IMG/VR virus record: IMGVR_UViG_3300012971_000069
Span: 1-28,506 of that record
Length of the DNA: 28,506 nt
Source: a virus
Taxonomy: Duplodnaviria; Caudoviricetes
Direction: 5' to 3' (one strand)
The notes beneath the pieces are model-generated. The model saw nothing but the letters and a program-made list of their open reading frames with translations. It was not told the origin of the DNA and searched no databases. Below are positions 1-9,331 of this stretch, in pieces (positions within the stretch are counted from its first letter, which is position 1; every line of letters starts with the position of its first letter). The translations under genes and the position numbers were made by a program.

Positions 1-64
1 AGCATACCGAACAGGTCCAGGAATAAGCCTGGAGTGGCATGAACCAGTTCGGGTCCCAGGTCAC
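1..64 (-). CDS. 5' fragment of a probable C39-like cysteine peptidase (candidate endolysin), truncated by the window edge
   Basis: GTG at 64 overlaps the TGA of the upstream gene (GTGA). Translates MTWDPNWFMPLQAYSWTCSVC; Q-x5-C spacing matches the C39/papain-like catalytic motif. Only 21 codons are visible. Confidence 0.45.
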   Translation of the reverse strand, partial: MTWDPNWFMPLQAYSWTCSVC

Positions 65-297
65 GCTTTTGGGTCATCTTGGGCCTCCTCGTACTCCGAA
101 TCGAGCACCGGCGGGTCAGGGGTGAGCGTGCCCTGCATGTTGGGATCGAGTGCATACAGGTAGGCCTCGACGCTGTCGGCGCCGAGCCAGCGACCCTCCA
201 CGGCAGCCTTGAGGGCCTGGGTGAAGAGCATTTGCTGCGTTTGCAACTGATTGATTTGGGCAGTCTGATCGTCCGAATACTGACCAACGTCCGTCAT
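61..297 (-). CDS. hypothetical protein (78 aa), after tail fibre
   Basis: ATG at 297, 8 nt after the fibre stop. MTDVGQYSDDQTAQINQLQTQQ...; the longer 61..528 ORF overlaps the fibre gene out of frame. Confidence 0.7.
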   Translation of the reverse strand: MTDVGQYSDDQTAQINQLQTQQMLFTQALKAAVEGRWLGADSVEAYLYALDPNMQGTLTPDPPVLDSEYEEAQDDPKA

Positions 298-305
298 AGG
301 ATTGT

Positions 306-1667
306 CTAACTCACTTTCAGTGCCGACAGGCGTGTCGCATGATTGCCACTTCCAAAGTTGGTAGTCGCGGCCATGACTTTTTGGGAGGCGCGGCCTGCGG
401 CGACTGCCAGCCGATAGGTCGTCGTACTGCCAAGTGTGACGACACCTACCACCGGGATCTGTTCGACGAACCCGACACCACCAGGCATGGTGCTTTGCGC
501 TGAGCCGCTCGCAGTCGTGCCGTCCCACACTTTGCCGACGAAGTCCGTCGCCGAACTATTTTGATTTTGCGCGTTGAAGATCCCCTCCACCCACCAGGTA
601 CCCGAGGTCAGACTGAGCGTCAAGATGTCGTAATAGGTCGAGACACTCGTCAACGTGAAGTCTGCCGAGAGAGCGGTCGTCAGAAAGGTCAGTGATCCAC
701 CGCCACCACCTGCGGGCGTTGCCCAGGTCTGATCGCCGCGCAGATACGTGGTGTTGTCAGCCGTTCCCGAGCCGAGCCGTGCCGTTGGCACACGCGTTCC
801 CGCATCGAGACCCGCATATCCATTCGCTGCATTCTTTTCTGAAAGCAACTGGTAGCGACTGTCGGCACCCGCGGTACCATAGTTCACGCTGAGCACATAC
901 GTGCATTCGCAATTCAGATCAGCGTCACCAACGATGTCCGTAGCGAGCGTGTTCGTTGCGCCGGGAAGCAACAGACTTGGGCTGATGCTGTAACTCAGGT
1001 ACGGAGCGGTAGGATGCGCCGTGTCCCAGCTCGAGCCCGGCGTCGTGCCGCCCCGGCCGATAACGGTGCCGTTGAGATAGACGTCGCCACTGCCGGGCGG
1101 TGGCCCGGAGGCGATCTGGAATTGCGCAGTGCTGATCGTGCCACTCGGCAGACTGAACGGATGCCGAATCAACTCGCGGGCCAGCGCGCCCGGATTACTC
1201 TTGGCCTCAACGATACGTGACCCAGGAATCGGATGGAGCTGCGTCGGATCGAAAGGCGAGATCACGACATTACCCCAGGTATTGCCATTGCTCGCGTTGG
1301 TCTCGACGTAGCTCGGGTGCCACCATTGACGACCACCGCCATCAATTGGCGGACTGGCGTTACTGCCACCCGATTGGAGATCGAGCCCACGCACGCCGAC
1401 ACCAGTATTCGTGACGACCGTGGTCGCCGTGCTGTCAACCGGCGAGCCAGGCACGAAAATGTTGACGCGGCGCCTACCTGGATCGTCGCTGACCGTGACG
1501 CCTGGACCCTGGAAATTCAGGATGCGATGATCGTTGGCGATGACGCTGCCATCGTCCTGGGCGGCGACCGTCACGCTCGGCAACATCGATTGGACGATCT
1601 CGCGCACCTGCTTGTCGACACGCGCGTAGATGCCCTCGAGGAGTTGGATCGCCTTCGGGTCAGCCAT
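306..1667 (-). CDS. tail fibre / receptor-binding protein (453 aa)
   Basis: Fibre-type linker motifs EKNAANGYAGLD and TTYLRGDQTWATP plus a poly-Gly hinge. The central RHPFSL...VYLNGTVIG...LLLPGATNTLA segment resembles a galactose-binding-like jelly roll. Thr/Ser-rich beta C-terminal tip; lies in the tail region. Confidence 0.75.
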   Translation of the reverse strand: MADPKAIQLLEGIYARVDKQVREIVQSMLPSVTVAAQDDGSVIANDHRILNFQGPGVTVSDDPGRRRVNIFVPGSPVDSTATTVVTNTGVGVRGLDLQSGGSNASPPIDGGGRQWWHPSYVETNASNGNTWGNVVISPFDPTQLHPIPGSRIVEAKSNPGALARELIRHPFSLPSGTISTAQFQIASGPPPGSGDVYLNGTVIGRGGTTPGSSWDTAHPTAPYLSYSISPSLLLPGATNTLATDIVGDADLNCECTYVLSVNYGTAGADSRYQLLSEKNAANGYAGLDAGTRVPTARLGSGTADNTTYLRGDQTWATPAGGGGGSLTFLTTALSADFTLTSVSTYYDILTLSLTSGTWWVEGIFNAQNQNSSATDFVGKVWDGTTASGSAQSTMPGGVGFVEQIPVVGVVTLGSTTTYRLAVAAGRASQKVMAATTNFGSGNHATRLSALKVS

Positions 1668-1879
1668 CAGCTATGGTCGGGCGCCGCCAGGATATGGGTA
1701 TTGTCCGAGCTCAGGTAGGCCGGGTCGGTGTTGATGAGCTTGTCGTACTCGGCCGGGTCGAACAGCACGGCCACCTTGTGGGCGTTGCCAACCGCACCGC
1801 CGGAGGGTTCCATGCCGACGATCAGCCCGTCGCCGGGATCGACGTACACCACTTTGAACTGGAACGCTGTTTCAGTCAT
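1667..1879 (-). CDS. hypothetical protein (70 aa), possible tail-fibre accessory
   Basis: ATG at 1879 overlaps the upstream TGA (ATGA) and its TGA overlaps the next ATG. MTETAFQFKVVYVDPGDG... Confidence 0.65.
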   Translation of the reverse strand: MTETAFQFKVVYVDPGDGLIVGMEPSGGAVGNAHKVAVLFDPAEYDKLINTDPAYLSSDNTHILAAPDHS

Positions 1880-2232
1880 ACGAGCTGCCACCTCCCCGGT
1901 CCGTCCATGCGATTGACCTGTAGCCTGACGTGTGATTCGCCCAGATTGTCCGGGTCGCTCGCCGCCACCTGGCCGCACGGACAGCCGTTCGCCGCGACGT
2001 GGTTGACGAACATCTGCTGCACGCTCACTGGCTGCGCGCCGCCGCCCACCGGGTGGGTGCTGACGCTCTCGCACACCGGGCACTGGATGACGAGGAAGTT
2101 GTGGTTCTCGGTGCCGTCCGGGTTCTGGACGTGCTTGACGGTGGCTGGATCGACGGTGCCGCCGTGCCCGAGTTCATCGTGCAGAACTTGCCACTCGGTG
2201 GCCGAAGTGAAGTCGCTGACGTAAATGCTCAC
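1876..2232 (-). CDS. hypothetical protein (118 aa) with CPVC..H and CPC..H motifs, putative metal-binding fibre-associated protein
   Basis: Coupled by GTGA and ATGA overlaps on both sides; Cys/His motifs are visible in the translation. Confidence 0.7.
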   Translation of the reverse strand: MSIYVSDFTSATEWQVLHDELGHGGTVDPATVKHVQNPDGTENHNFLVIQCPVCESVSTHPVGGGAQPVSVQQMFVNHVAANGCPCGQVAASDPDNLGESHVRLQVNRMDGPGRWQLV

Positions 2233-3425
2233 GGGTTTGCCTCAACCGTTATGTAGCCTGCACCGGTCGACAGGTTCATCAACGTCGCATTGCCGGCCAC
2301 CAGGCCAGATCCCACGGTGGCTGTCAGAGTCACACTGTTGGGGTTCGACACTCCCGTCGTGAGCGCGGTGCAAGCCGCATTTCCGCCTCCAGCCAGCTGA
2401 CACTGAAAGGAGCCAACACTGGTGATCGTGACTGTTGGGTTGACAGCCTTCGTAGTTTTGAGCCTGACCACACCATTAGCACCCGTGGCGGCGAAGCATT
2501 GCAGCACCGCCAGATAGCCGCCCTCGCTCACTGCCGGGATCACTTCGTAGTATCTCAAGCACCTCGCCAGATCGTCGGCCGGGTGCAGCGGCACGTAGTT
2601 GGCCGCCTGCGAGCCGACCACGAGTGAGGCGTTGTCCACGTATAGCGTGCAGGAAGCGAACAACCGTAACGCGACGATTACCTGTGAGGTCGCCGCGGCA
2701 ACCGGTGCAGTGACGCTGAGCGTCTGATATGTGCCGTCGCCCGTGTGAAAACTGCTCAGGCGGTAGCTATTCACCGAGTCCCAGATGCCGGCCTGCACCG
2801 CATTCGCGGTCGACGTGCGCACGCGCACGCTGAATGACAGTGTGCGCCCCTTGAGTTGCGCCAGATCCTCCAACTTTTGCTGGAGGTCGGTCGCGGCGTT
2901 GTGGGTATAGGTCATAGCCAGCGCCGCGCCACTATTGGCATCGACGTTGGTGGTGTCTCTGGTGATGCTGTAGGTCGAAGTGCCGCCCAGATTCACCAAC
3001 CAACGGTCGGCCGAATACGCCACGTTTGCCGTGAACGGGCCGTTGCCGCGCTGCCAGATCTCGAAGCCCCCGTTAGAAAGTAAATTGGCACGCGCCACGT
3101 CCGGACCGAGCTTGGCGTTGGTGATCGCCCCGTCCGCAATCGGTGCCGTGCCGATGCTGCCGGCGGTCAGGTTCAGTGGCGAGCCCAGCGACACGCCCGT
3201 CGCGTCGCCGCGGATCAGTAGCGTGCCGTCGCTCTTGACGATGTTGATGGCGCGCGAGTTGGTCGCCTCGAGGTTCTGCACGCTCAGCGCGTAGTTGCTC
3301 GCGTCGTTGACCGATGTCTGCGTGATCGGCACGCCCTGGCCGGCCGTGCCGTTGAGTGAGCCGAGGACCTGGTTCAGGTTCTGGGCCTGGATCAGGTCGC
3401 CAGGATTGACACGCGTAAAGGGCAT
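2229..3425 (-). CDS. tail fibre protein with carbohydrate-binding-like domain (398 aa)
   Basis: IADGAITNAKL spacer, NLLSNGGFEIWQRG...ADRW and DDLARCLRYYE motifs typical of phage fibre CBM-like domains; directly follows the nozzle candidate. Confidence 0.8.
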   Translation of the reverse strand: MPFTRVNPGDLIQAQNLNQVLGSLNGTAGQGVPITQTSVNDASNYALSVQNLEATNSRAINIVKSDGTLLIRGDATGVSLGSPLNLTAGSIGTAPIADGAITNAKLGPDVARANLLSNGGFEIWQRGNGPFTANVAYSADRWLVNLGGTSTYSITRDTTNVDANSGAALAMTYTHNAATDLQQKLEDLAQLKGRTLSFSVRVRTSTANAVQAGIWDSVNSYRLSSFHTGDGTYQTLSVTAPVAAATSQVIVALRLFASCTLYVDNASLVVGSQAANYVPLHPADDLARCLRYYEVIPAVSEGGYLAVLQCFAATGANGVVRLKTTKAVNPTVTITSVGSFQCQLAGGGNAACTALTTGVSNPNSVTLTATVGSGLVAGNATLMNLSTGAGYITVEANP

Positions 3426-5449
3426 CAGGGTGCACTCCAGTGATCGTCAGTGTCGTACTTCGCGGTCGTATCGTCCCACCGCACCGGCGGCCAGGTCACC
3501 GACACCGGCGGGTCAGCCTGCAGCAGTTTCAACTGGAGCGTGGCGACGATGACCGGCTCGGCCGTGCCCTTGCCGCTTTCGCCGCGCAGGTACACCACGC
3601 GCCGCTGAACGGGCGGCAACACCAGCACGTCGTAGCCCTCGCCGAACTCGTCACGCAATTTCACGCGGCCGCTCCACTGCAACGGCTCGAGCTTCCAGTA
3701 ATCATTCAGCGGCCGACTGATGTCCCGCCCGCCGAAGCGATCCACGTTGCCCTCGCCGAGCAGCACCTCGTAGGTCCGCACACGCCGCAGTGCCGGCCGC
3801 ACCTGGGCGCGCAGCATCAACGCTCGCACCGCGATCGGCGCGTACGACGGGTTAGTGCCGTCCATGCACACCGCAATGCGCCGCCCAAAGAAATCATCAG
3901 CTCCCACCACGCTCGCCTGGGGCGACACGTCGGCCGTGCCGTAATCCTGCAGCGTGCCGCCATCCGCCGAGACCTGAAAATCGATCACCGATGCGCCGCC
4001 CAGCCCGTCAGCCTGCACATCGATCTGCAGCAGATCCTTGGTGGTCACCGGGTGCTGCCAGTCCTGACCAGGGATGTGCACCTCCCAGGCGGTCGCAAAC
4101 GTCATCTCGATGTCCTGCATCGGATTTTCCGTACGCGGAATGACGCACCAGCGCAGGTGCGCGGTGCTGTTACCGGTCCGCCAGCTGCCCACCCACAAAC
4201 GCGGCGGACTCGTCAGTCCACTGATCGACAGCAGCCGCACCTGCTCGCCAGGCAGCACGATCAGGCCGCCGTGCCACAGCATCGGCGACGGTCCGACCGC
4301 GGCCGGACCGACCGACGCAGAATATGGCGAAGAGCCCGAATCGCCCTGACGGATGTCGCGACCCCACATCACGTACGAGTCGACGCCGTTCCACACCGCG
4401 GCGATGATCCACGGTCCGTACGAGGTCATCGCCAGAATGCGACCGCGGATGGGCGTCTCGTTGGGCAGACCGTGGCCGGGCGTGACGGTCATGATGCGGC
4501 CGCTCGTCGAGCCGCCCGACACGTCCAGCCTGAACAGGCCGGCCAGATCGTTGACGTACACGCTGCCGTTGGCGCAGATCGAGCTGATGCCGTTGTCGTC
4601 GTCAATGGCCGTTTCGTAAAACGGCATCAAGTTGGGCGTGAAGCCGGTGGTACCGTCCACGTCGTGCAGACCGTTGGTCTTGGCCACGTACACGTGGCCC
4701 TGATCCGACACCAGACTGTTGATGGTGTACGTCGTGTCGCCCACACTGATGCTGGCGCCCCAGTTGCCGGCGACCATCGGATCGGCGGCCACGTTGGCCA
4801 CGCTCGTCAGCGTGTCGGAGCCAATCAACTGCCAGGCACCGAAGCTACCGGCCGCCGAGGCCTGGTACCAGGCGTGCGCGATCGCTTTTCTGTTTGGTCC
4901 GCCACCGGTCCACGTGCCCGTGGCGTTGCGCTGCAGCGGACCCGGCGCCGAGGCGCTCGTCTGACCGGTGGAGGTGCCCACATACAGGTTGCCGAGGAAG
5001 GTGTCCATCGACCAGGCCACCTGACCGGCGCCCAGATCGCGATCCTGCACCGGCGTACCGGTGCCCGATGGGATGCGATAGATGAAGCGACCCGCTCCGA
5101 CGTAGAAATTGCCAGCGTAGCCCTGGCCGCAGCGCGGCGGACCATCAGCCCCGGTGAGCGTGACCTCGGTCATCAGCGGCCCGGGCAGCACCAGTCTGGG
5201 AAAGCGGCAGTCGGCGTTTTCGGCGTAGGCGTACGTGCCCGGCAGCAGACGCCATGAGTAACCGAAGCCCAGATGGAAGGTGTCCATCACCAGCGGCTCT
5301 TCGGAGACATCGAGCTGCTCGCCGCTGACCTGCACGACGTTGGTCTCCTGATCGACGGACTGCCCACCCCGCCCCGCCGAGCTGAAGCGGTACAGGGTCA
5401 GGTCCATCCCGTTCAGGGTGATGGACTCGCGCAGCGCTGACGGGTGCAT
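3425..5449 (-). CDS. putative tail nozzle / tubular protein B-like beta-propeller (674 aa)
   Basis: Repeated short beta-strand motifs (NFYVGAG, NLYVGT, HVYVAK, SVYVND, RLWVGS); size and position between adaptor and fibres fit a podovirus nozzle (inference). Confidence 0.6.
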   Translation of the reverse strand: MHPSALRESITLNGMDLTLYRFSSAGRGGQSVDQETNVVQVSGEQLDVSEEPLVMDTFHLGFGYSWRLLPGTYAYAENADCRFPRLVLPGPLMTEVTLTGADGPPRCGQGYAGNFYVGAGRFIYRIPSGTGTPVQDRDLGAGQVAWSMDTFLGNLYVGTSTGQTSASAPGPLQRNATGTWTGGGPNRKAIAHAWYQASAAGSFGAWQLIGSDTLTSVANVAADPMVAGNWGASISVGDTTYTINSLVSDQGHVYVAKTNGLHDVDGTTGFTPNLMPFYETAIDDDNGISSICANGSVYVNDLAGLFRLDVSGGSTSGRIMTVTPGHGLPNETPIRGRILAMTSYGPWIIAAVWNGVDSYVMWGRDIRQGDSGSSPYSASVGPAAVGPSPMLWHGGLIVLPGEQVRLLSISGLTSPPRLWVGSWRTGNSTAHLRWCVIPRTENPMQDIEMTFATAWEVHIPGQDWQHPVTTKDLLQIDVQADGLGGASVIDFQVSADGGTLQDYGTADVSPQASVVGADDFFGRRIAVCMDGTNPSYAPIAVRALMLRAQVRPALRRVRTYEVLLGEGNVDRFGGRDISRPLNDYWKLEPLQWSGRVKLRDEFGEGYDVLVLPPVQRRVVYLRGESGKGTAEPVIVATLQLKLLQADPPVSVTWPPVRWDDTTAKYDTDDHWSAP

Positions 5450-6438
5450 TACCCGCGGGTGACCATGCCCCAGTCAGCGCCGTAGGTGTAGCCCCAGCGA
5501 CTCGGCACCGACAGCGACTTGGGCCAGTGCAGCGTGCGGCGCACGGGTCGCTCGAGGCTCAGGCGCTTCCACTGATTGGCGCCCGCGCGCGCGCGCGAGG
5601 CGAGCTGACGGAAGGTAGCCTGATCGTCGGGCAGCCCCCACTTGGAGAGCTCGTCGTAGATGTACGTCTTGCCGACGATCTCCATGCCGTTCAGGTCGAT
5701 CAGCGCCTCGTCGTCCTCGGCCACCAGACCGCGGTACGTCAGCGGCATGCTCCACATCGTGCCCGGTGGCGTGGGCTTGATCCACCACGACATCGGCACG
5801 ATGGCGTAGATGCGCAGCAGATCGCCCGTGTTCAGCGCGCGACCGACCTCGATCTGCGGCGCGTCGGCGTGACTCAGCCAGCGCCAGGTGGCCATCAACT
5901 GGTCGACACTGTCCGGCGTGCTGATCGTCGTCGAGGCGCGCGAGTAGACGTCGACGATCTGGTCCTCGGCGTCCAGCCACGCGAAGCCACTGCCCGTACT
6001 CGGGCTGATGTCGAAGGTCTTCTGGCTGTCGCGCGTAGCGGCGATGTCGATGGGCTTGAGCGTCCAGCACTCGTCCAGCACGCGATTGACGATGGCGTTC
6101 AGCCCCAGGCGGCCTTCCATCGACACCGGCGGCAGCCGACCGTAGATCTCGAGCGTCGTGGCGATCGGCGTCAGTTGTGGGAAGGCGCGATCGAGATGCA
6201 CCGTGCCGCTTATCGGATCCAGGCCGTTGTACTGCACGCGCCGCGCCTGGCCGGCGTTGGGACCAGTGGGCTGATAGATCCACGTGTTGGCCAGAAAACT
6301 GGTCTCCAGCGCGCCAGCCGAGATCAGGTCGCCGATGACGACCTGGTCGGCGCTCGAGGCGCCGGCGGTCGTCGTGTACGGCGTGAAGAAGCCGGCCGTC
6401 TCGGCCAGACGCCGACGATATTGGCCCAGACTGGGCAT
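5449..6438 (-). CDS. putative head-tail adaptor / tubular protein A-like (329 aa)
   Basis: N-terminal helix SLGQYRRRLAE, LNAIVNRVLDECW helix and C-terminal helix; lies just upstream of the nozzle candidate with a TAATG overlap. Confidence 0.55.
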   Translation of the reverse strand: MPSLGQYRRRLAETAGFFTPYTTTAGASSADQVVIGDLISAGALETSFLANTWIYQPTGPNAGQARRVQYNGLDPISGTVHLDRAFPQLTPIATTLEIYGRLPPVSMEGRLGLNAIVNRVLDECWTLKPIDIAATRDSQKTFDISPSTGSGFAWLDAEDQIVDVYSRASTTISTPDSVDQLMATWRWLSHADAPQIEVGRALNTGDLLRIYAIVPMSWWIKPTPPGTMWSMPLTYRGLVAEDDEALIDLNGMEIVGKTYIYDELSKWGLPDDQATFRQLASRARAGANQWKRLSLERPVRRTLHWPKSLSVPSRWGYTYGADWGMVTRG

Positions 6439-6447
6439 GGAGAAAAC

Positions 6448-6837
6448 TCAGGCTCCGCCGAGCGCGACCGACACCGATACTGCCGCGTGACCGGTGGACG
6501 AGATGCTGGCCACCGTGACCGTCACGCGGTCGCCTGCCCGAAAGCTACCGCGATCACCAATCGCATTCGCGAACTCGCCGGTCGCGGTCGCCAGCAGTGT
6601 CGGCTTGGCGGCAGTCACCGACCAGATGCTGGTGCCGTTGACGAGCACGTCCACCACCGTGTTGCCGGCGCCGGTGCCGGCCGTATTGGCGTAGACCTTG
6701 ACCGCCTGCACGCGTCCGTTGAATGGTGCGATGAACGCGGGTGCGAACAGCAGATTCTGCGCGGCGGTGACGGCCGCCGTGCTGCCGCCCACCAGGACGT
6801 CGGCAATGCTCTTGCCTTGCGCGCGTGTGCCGGGCAT
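6448..6837 (-). CDS. putative virion structural beta-sandwich protein (129 aa)
   Basis: Ala/Thr/Val/Gly-rich beta pattern (VVDVLVNGTSI, FRAGDRVTVTV) within the structural operon. Confidence 0.6.
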   Translation of the reverse strand: MPGTRAQGKSIADVLVGGSTAAVTAAQNLLFAPAFIAPFNGRVQAVKVYANTAGTGAGNTVVDVLVNGTSIWSVTAAKPTLLATATGEFANAIGDRGSFRAGDRVTVTVASISSTGHAAVSVSVALGGA

Positions 6838-6843
6838 CAGAAG

Positions 6844-7698
6844 TTATTCCTCGTCCAGAGGTTCGACGGACTCAGGTCGATGTGGACCGAGCCGACCGGT
6901 GGCCAGATTGAGCGTCGTGCCATGGGTGGGGAAAGCCTCCTTGAAGTCATCGACGTCGAGATCGCCGAGCGCGGGGAAAGCCGTGCGGCGTCTCCGGTAT
7001 GGACGTGAAGTTTTCGGACTGGCTGATGGTGGATCTTGTGCCGGATCCGGTGCTGGAGCCGGTGCGGACTTTGATCCGATCATGCCGAGCGCCTGCAGCG
7101 TGGCCGTCACGGCCGCGGCGATCGCTTCCGCGGAGCCGCCGCCGCTCAGCGCGCCACCCTGCTGCAAACCTTCGATAATCGCCTGGGATAAACCCTCTTC
7201 CTGACGCCGTTCGGTGTGCATCACCTCCTGGTGTTGTTTCAACGCCGCATTGGTCGCCAGATCATCTCTGCCACAGTATTCGCACTCTAGTAATTCTGGA
7301 ATGTTCATTCCATCGAGTTGCGGAAAATGCACCGGTCGGGCGCCACTCCAGCACGCTGACCGATGCTGCAGGTGATCCTTGCTGGTGCCCACGTGCTGAC
7401 CGCACACCGGCACCAGCGGCGGACGCTGCGCGTAGCCGAGCGCTAGCAGATCCTCCACCTTCATCTCGACCGCGCCACCGGCCTGGAACAGCGGCTCGTG
7501 TGGATGATCCATGTAGTACGCACTCGAAGAATAGAAACCGTATTTCTCGAGCGGAGTGTAGCCACGGCGGATCTTGCGCGCGTAGTCGCGTTCGTCCTGC
7601 GTGGCGGCGAAAATCCGACCGTCGGGCGCGCGCCAGTACATCATGCCCTGGTCGGCGACGACCACGTTGGCCGCGTCGGTTGTCAGCGCGTCCGCCAT
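6844..7698 (-). CDS. C2H2 zinc-finger-containing hypothetical protein (284 aa)
   Basis: CEYCGRDDLATNAALKQHQEVMH = C-x2-C-x13-H-x4-H. SD GAAGGAG lies upstream of the ATG. Confidence 0.75.
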   Translation of the reverse strand: MADALTTDAANVVVADQGMMYWRAPDGRIFAATQDERDYARKIRRGYTPLEKYGFYSSSAYYMDHPHEPLFQAGGAVEMKVEDLLALGYAQRPPLVPVCGQHVGTSKDHLQHRSACWSGARPVHFPQLDGMNIPELLECEYCGRDDLATNAALKQHQEVMHTERRQEEGLSQAIIEGLQQGGALSGGGSAEAIAAAVTATLQALGMIGSKSAPAPAPDPAQDPPSASPKTSRPYRRRRTAFPALGDLDVDDFKEAFPTHGTTLNLATGRLGPHRPESVEPLDEE

Positions 7699-8117
7699 GC
7701 TGGTGGTGCTCCTTCGTCTTCAGTCACGTATTCGGTGGCAATCGTGCGTCTGGAAAAGATGGCCGCGTATTCCCAGTCGACCTCGTCCGTCATCAGGTGC
7801 GCGGCCTTCGGTCCGAACGTGGGTAACGAGCTGACCCGCCACAGACTGTCGTCCTTGTGTCGCGGCGTCTTCGCACCGGTCGCGGGACGTGTGCCGAACC
7901 CTTTGACGGGCACCACCGGCATCGGTCCGCGCGGCGGACGCTCGTCGAGTCGGACAAACGTCCAGCCCTGACGCGCGAGGCGTCCGATCATGCGTCCCAG
8001 CGACCACTCCAGTTTTCTCTGCAATTCGTCGGAGTGCGGACGGGCCGAGGTGCGCACGTGAAAGTGGACAGTGTACGCCTGCTGCTCGCGGTCAGGTCGC
8101 ACGATGATGCCGCTCAC
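7683..8117 (-). CDS. hypothetical protein (144 aa)
   Basis: GTG overlaps the previous TGA; fills the gap in the operon. Confidence 0.7.
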   Translation of the reverse strand: MSGIIVRPDREQQAYTVHFHVRTSARPHSDELQRKLEWSLGRMIGRLARQGWTFVRLDERPPRGPMPVVPVKGFGTRPATGAKTPRHKDDSLWRVSSLPTFGPKAAHLMTDEVDWEYAAIFSRRTIATEYVTEDEGAPPAWRTR

Positions 8118-8386
8118 GAATAGACGAGGATCCCACCCCCGGCCGAACCGGGCACCAGATAGATGCCCGAACGTGCCGGAATGTCGAGCACGGTAATACC
8201 CAACGGTGGCGTCGTCGCGGTGTACAGCACCGTGCCCGACGCGGCGGTCGGATTGTCGTAGATGGTGATGCTGCCGGTGACCGCGCTGGTGACCACCAGT
8301 TTGGCGATGCGGCCACCGCGCGCCTTGATGGCCACGCCCGTGGTGGTGAACGGTGCGTAGCTCTGGCCCGAAAAAGTGTCCATCAT
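8114..8386 (-). CDS. putative capsid decoration / minor head protein (about 90 aa)
   Basis: Directly after the capsid gene. IKARGGRIAKLVV..SITIYDNPTAASGTVL..LDIPARSGIYL is an all-beta pattern I recognise from small post-capsid phage proteins. Confidence 0.6.
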   Translation of the reverse strand: MMDTFSGQSYAPFTTTGVAIKARGGRIAKLVVTSAVTGSITIYDNPTAASGTVLYTATTPPLGITVLDIPARSGIYLVPGSAGGGILVYS

Positions 8387-8388
8387 GG

Positions 8389-8409
8389 GAGTTTGAGTTT
8401 GAGTTTGAG
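8389..8409. repeat. tandem hexamer (GAGTTT)x3.5, read as CUCAAA repeats on the mRNA
   Basis: gagtttgagtttgagtttgag fills most of the 28-nt gap between the capsid stop and the next ATG. Confidence 0.9.
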
Positions 8410-8414
8410 AAAGC

Positions 8415-9296
8415 TCACTTGATGGCGTTCAGCCCGACGCCCCACAAACTGGAGTTGGTCGTGCCGGCCGCCGCCTCGACGGCTTCCAGACGCTCGTACA
8501 TGCCGTAGATGCAGTCCATGCTGACAATCCAGCTCAGATCCAACGGGCTGTACCAGGTGTGCGTCGTCGGCATGCGCTGGATGGCCTTGAAGAAGTGCGT
8601 GCGCGACCAGTACGCGCCGACCGAGTTGGGCGCGGTGCCCGACAAGAGTTGCGACTCGTACACGTCGGCGCCGTAGATGCGTCCGATCTTGGCTTCCTCG
8701 ACGGCGGTCGTAGCCGTGTCCTGGCCGACGTACAGCTGGTTGGTGAATTTCTCTAACTTGAGAAAACCGGAGTAGGTGGCGGGCGAAACGACGATGAACC
8801 ACGGCCGCGGCGCGGCCGAGTTGCGCAGCACGGTGCGCCCGGCCAGCAGGTTGTCGTCGGCGAGCTCGGAGCCGGCCACGCCGACCGTGTTGGTCAGCCC
8901 GGCGAACAGGCTCGCGGCATCGACATCCATCTGGCGCGCGAGCGCGTAGGCACCGGCTAGCGTCGTCTCTGAACGGATGTCGTAGCGACTCTGGATTTCG
9001 GCGATATCTTCGATCTGCTGGGCGATCGCGCGATGGCCGTTGGTCATCGGCACAGTAAAGGTCTGGTCCGGCTCGGTGATGGCCTGCGGCGTGAGCGCGG
9101 TGCTGGGCGCCTTCGCGGCGGCCGTCAGGTTATGGCGCGAGGGCAGGTGGATGGTGTCGCCGTGTTCGGCAACGAGCGCGGATTTGTCGTCGAACAGCGC
9201 GGAGATAACGATGTCGTATTGCACCGCGCGATTCAGTTCGGGGCTCCACACCTCGTCGATGTGTGCAGCGGCGGTCGTAACGGTGACGTTGGCCAA
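8415..9296 (-). CDS. major capsid protein (HK97 fold, P22-coat/N4-gp56-like; 293 aa)
   Basis: IDEVWS...GDTIHLP N-terminus, YALARQMD, IVVSPATYSGFLK and IGRIYGADVYES motifs. TTG start with AAAGGG SD; follows a scaffold-like gene. Confidence 0.9.
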   Translation of the reverse strand: MANVTVTTAAAHIDEVWSPELNRAVQYDIVISALFDDKSALVAEHGDTIHLPSRHNLTAAAKAPSTALTPQAITEPDQTFTVPMTNGHRAIAQQIEDIAEIQSRYDIRSETTLAGAYALARQMDVDAASLFAGLTNTVGVAGSELADDNLLAGRTVLRNSAAPRPWFIVVSPATYSGFLKLEKFTNQLYVGQDTATTAVEEAKIGRIYGADVYESQLLSGTAPNSVGAYWSRTHFFKAIQRMPTTHTWYSPLDLSWIVSMDCIYGMYERLEAVEAAAGTTNSSLWGVGLNAIK

Positions 9297-9331
9297 GGCA
9301 GCGACCCTTTTCTGTTAAAGGTAAGAAGCGA

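Noticed and set aside
306-3425. Diversity-generating retroelement targeting the fibres
   Set aside because: No reverse transcriptase in the window, and I saw no template/variable repeat pair differing at adenines.
8386-8417. Capsid stop readthrough or frameshift into the next gene
   Set aside because: The downstream gene is out of frame and there is no convincing slippery site at the capsid end.
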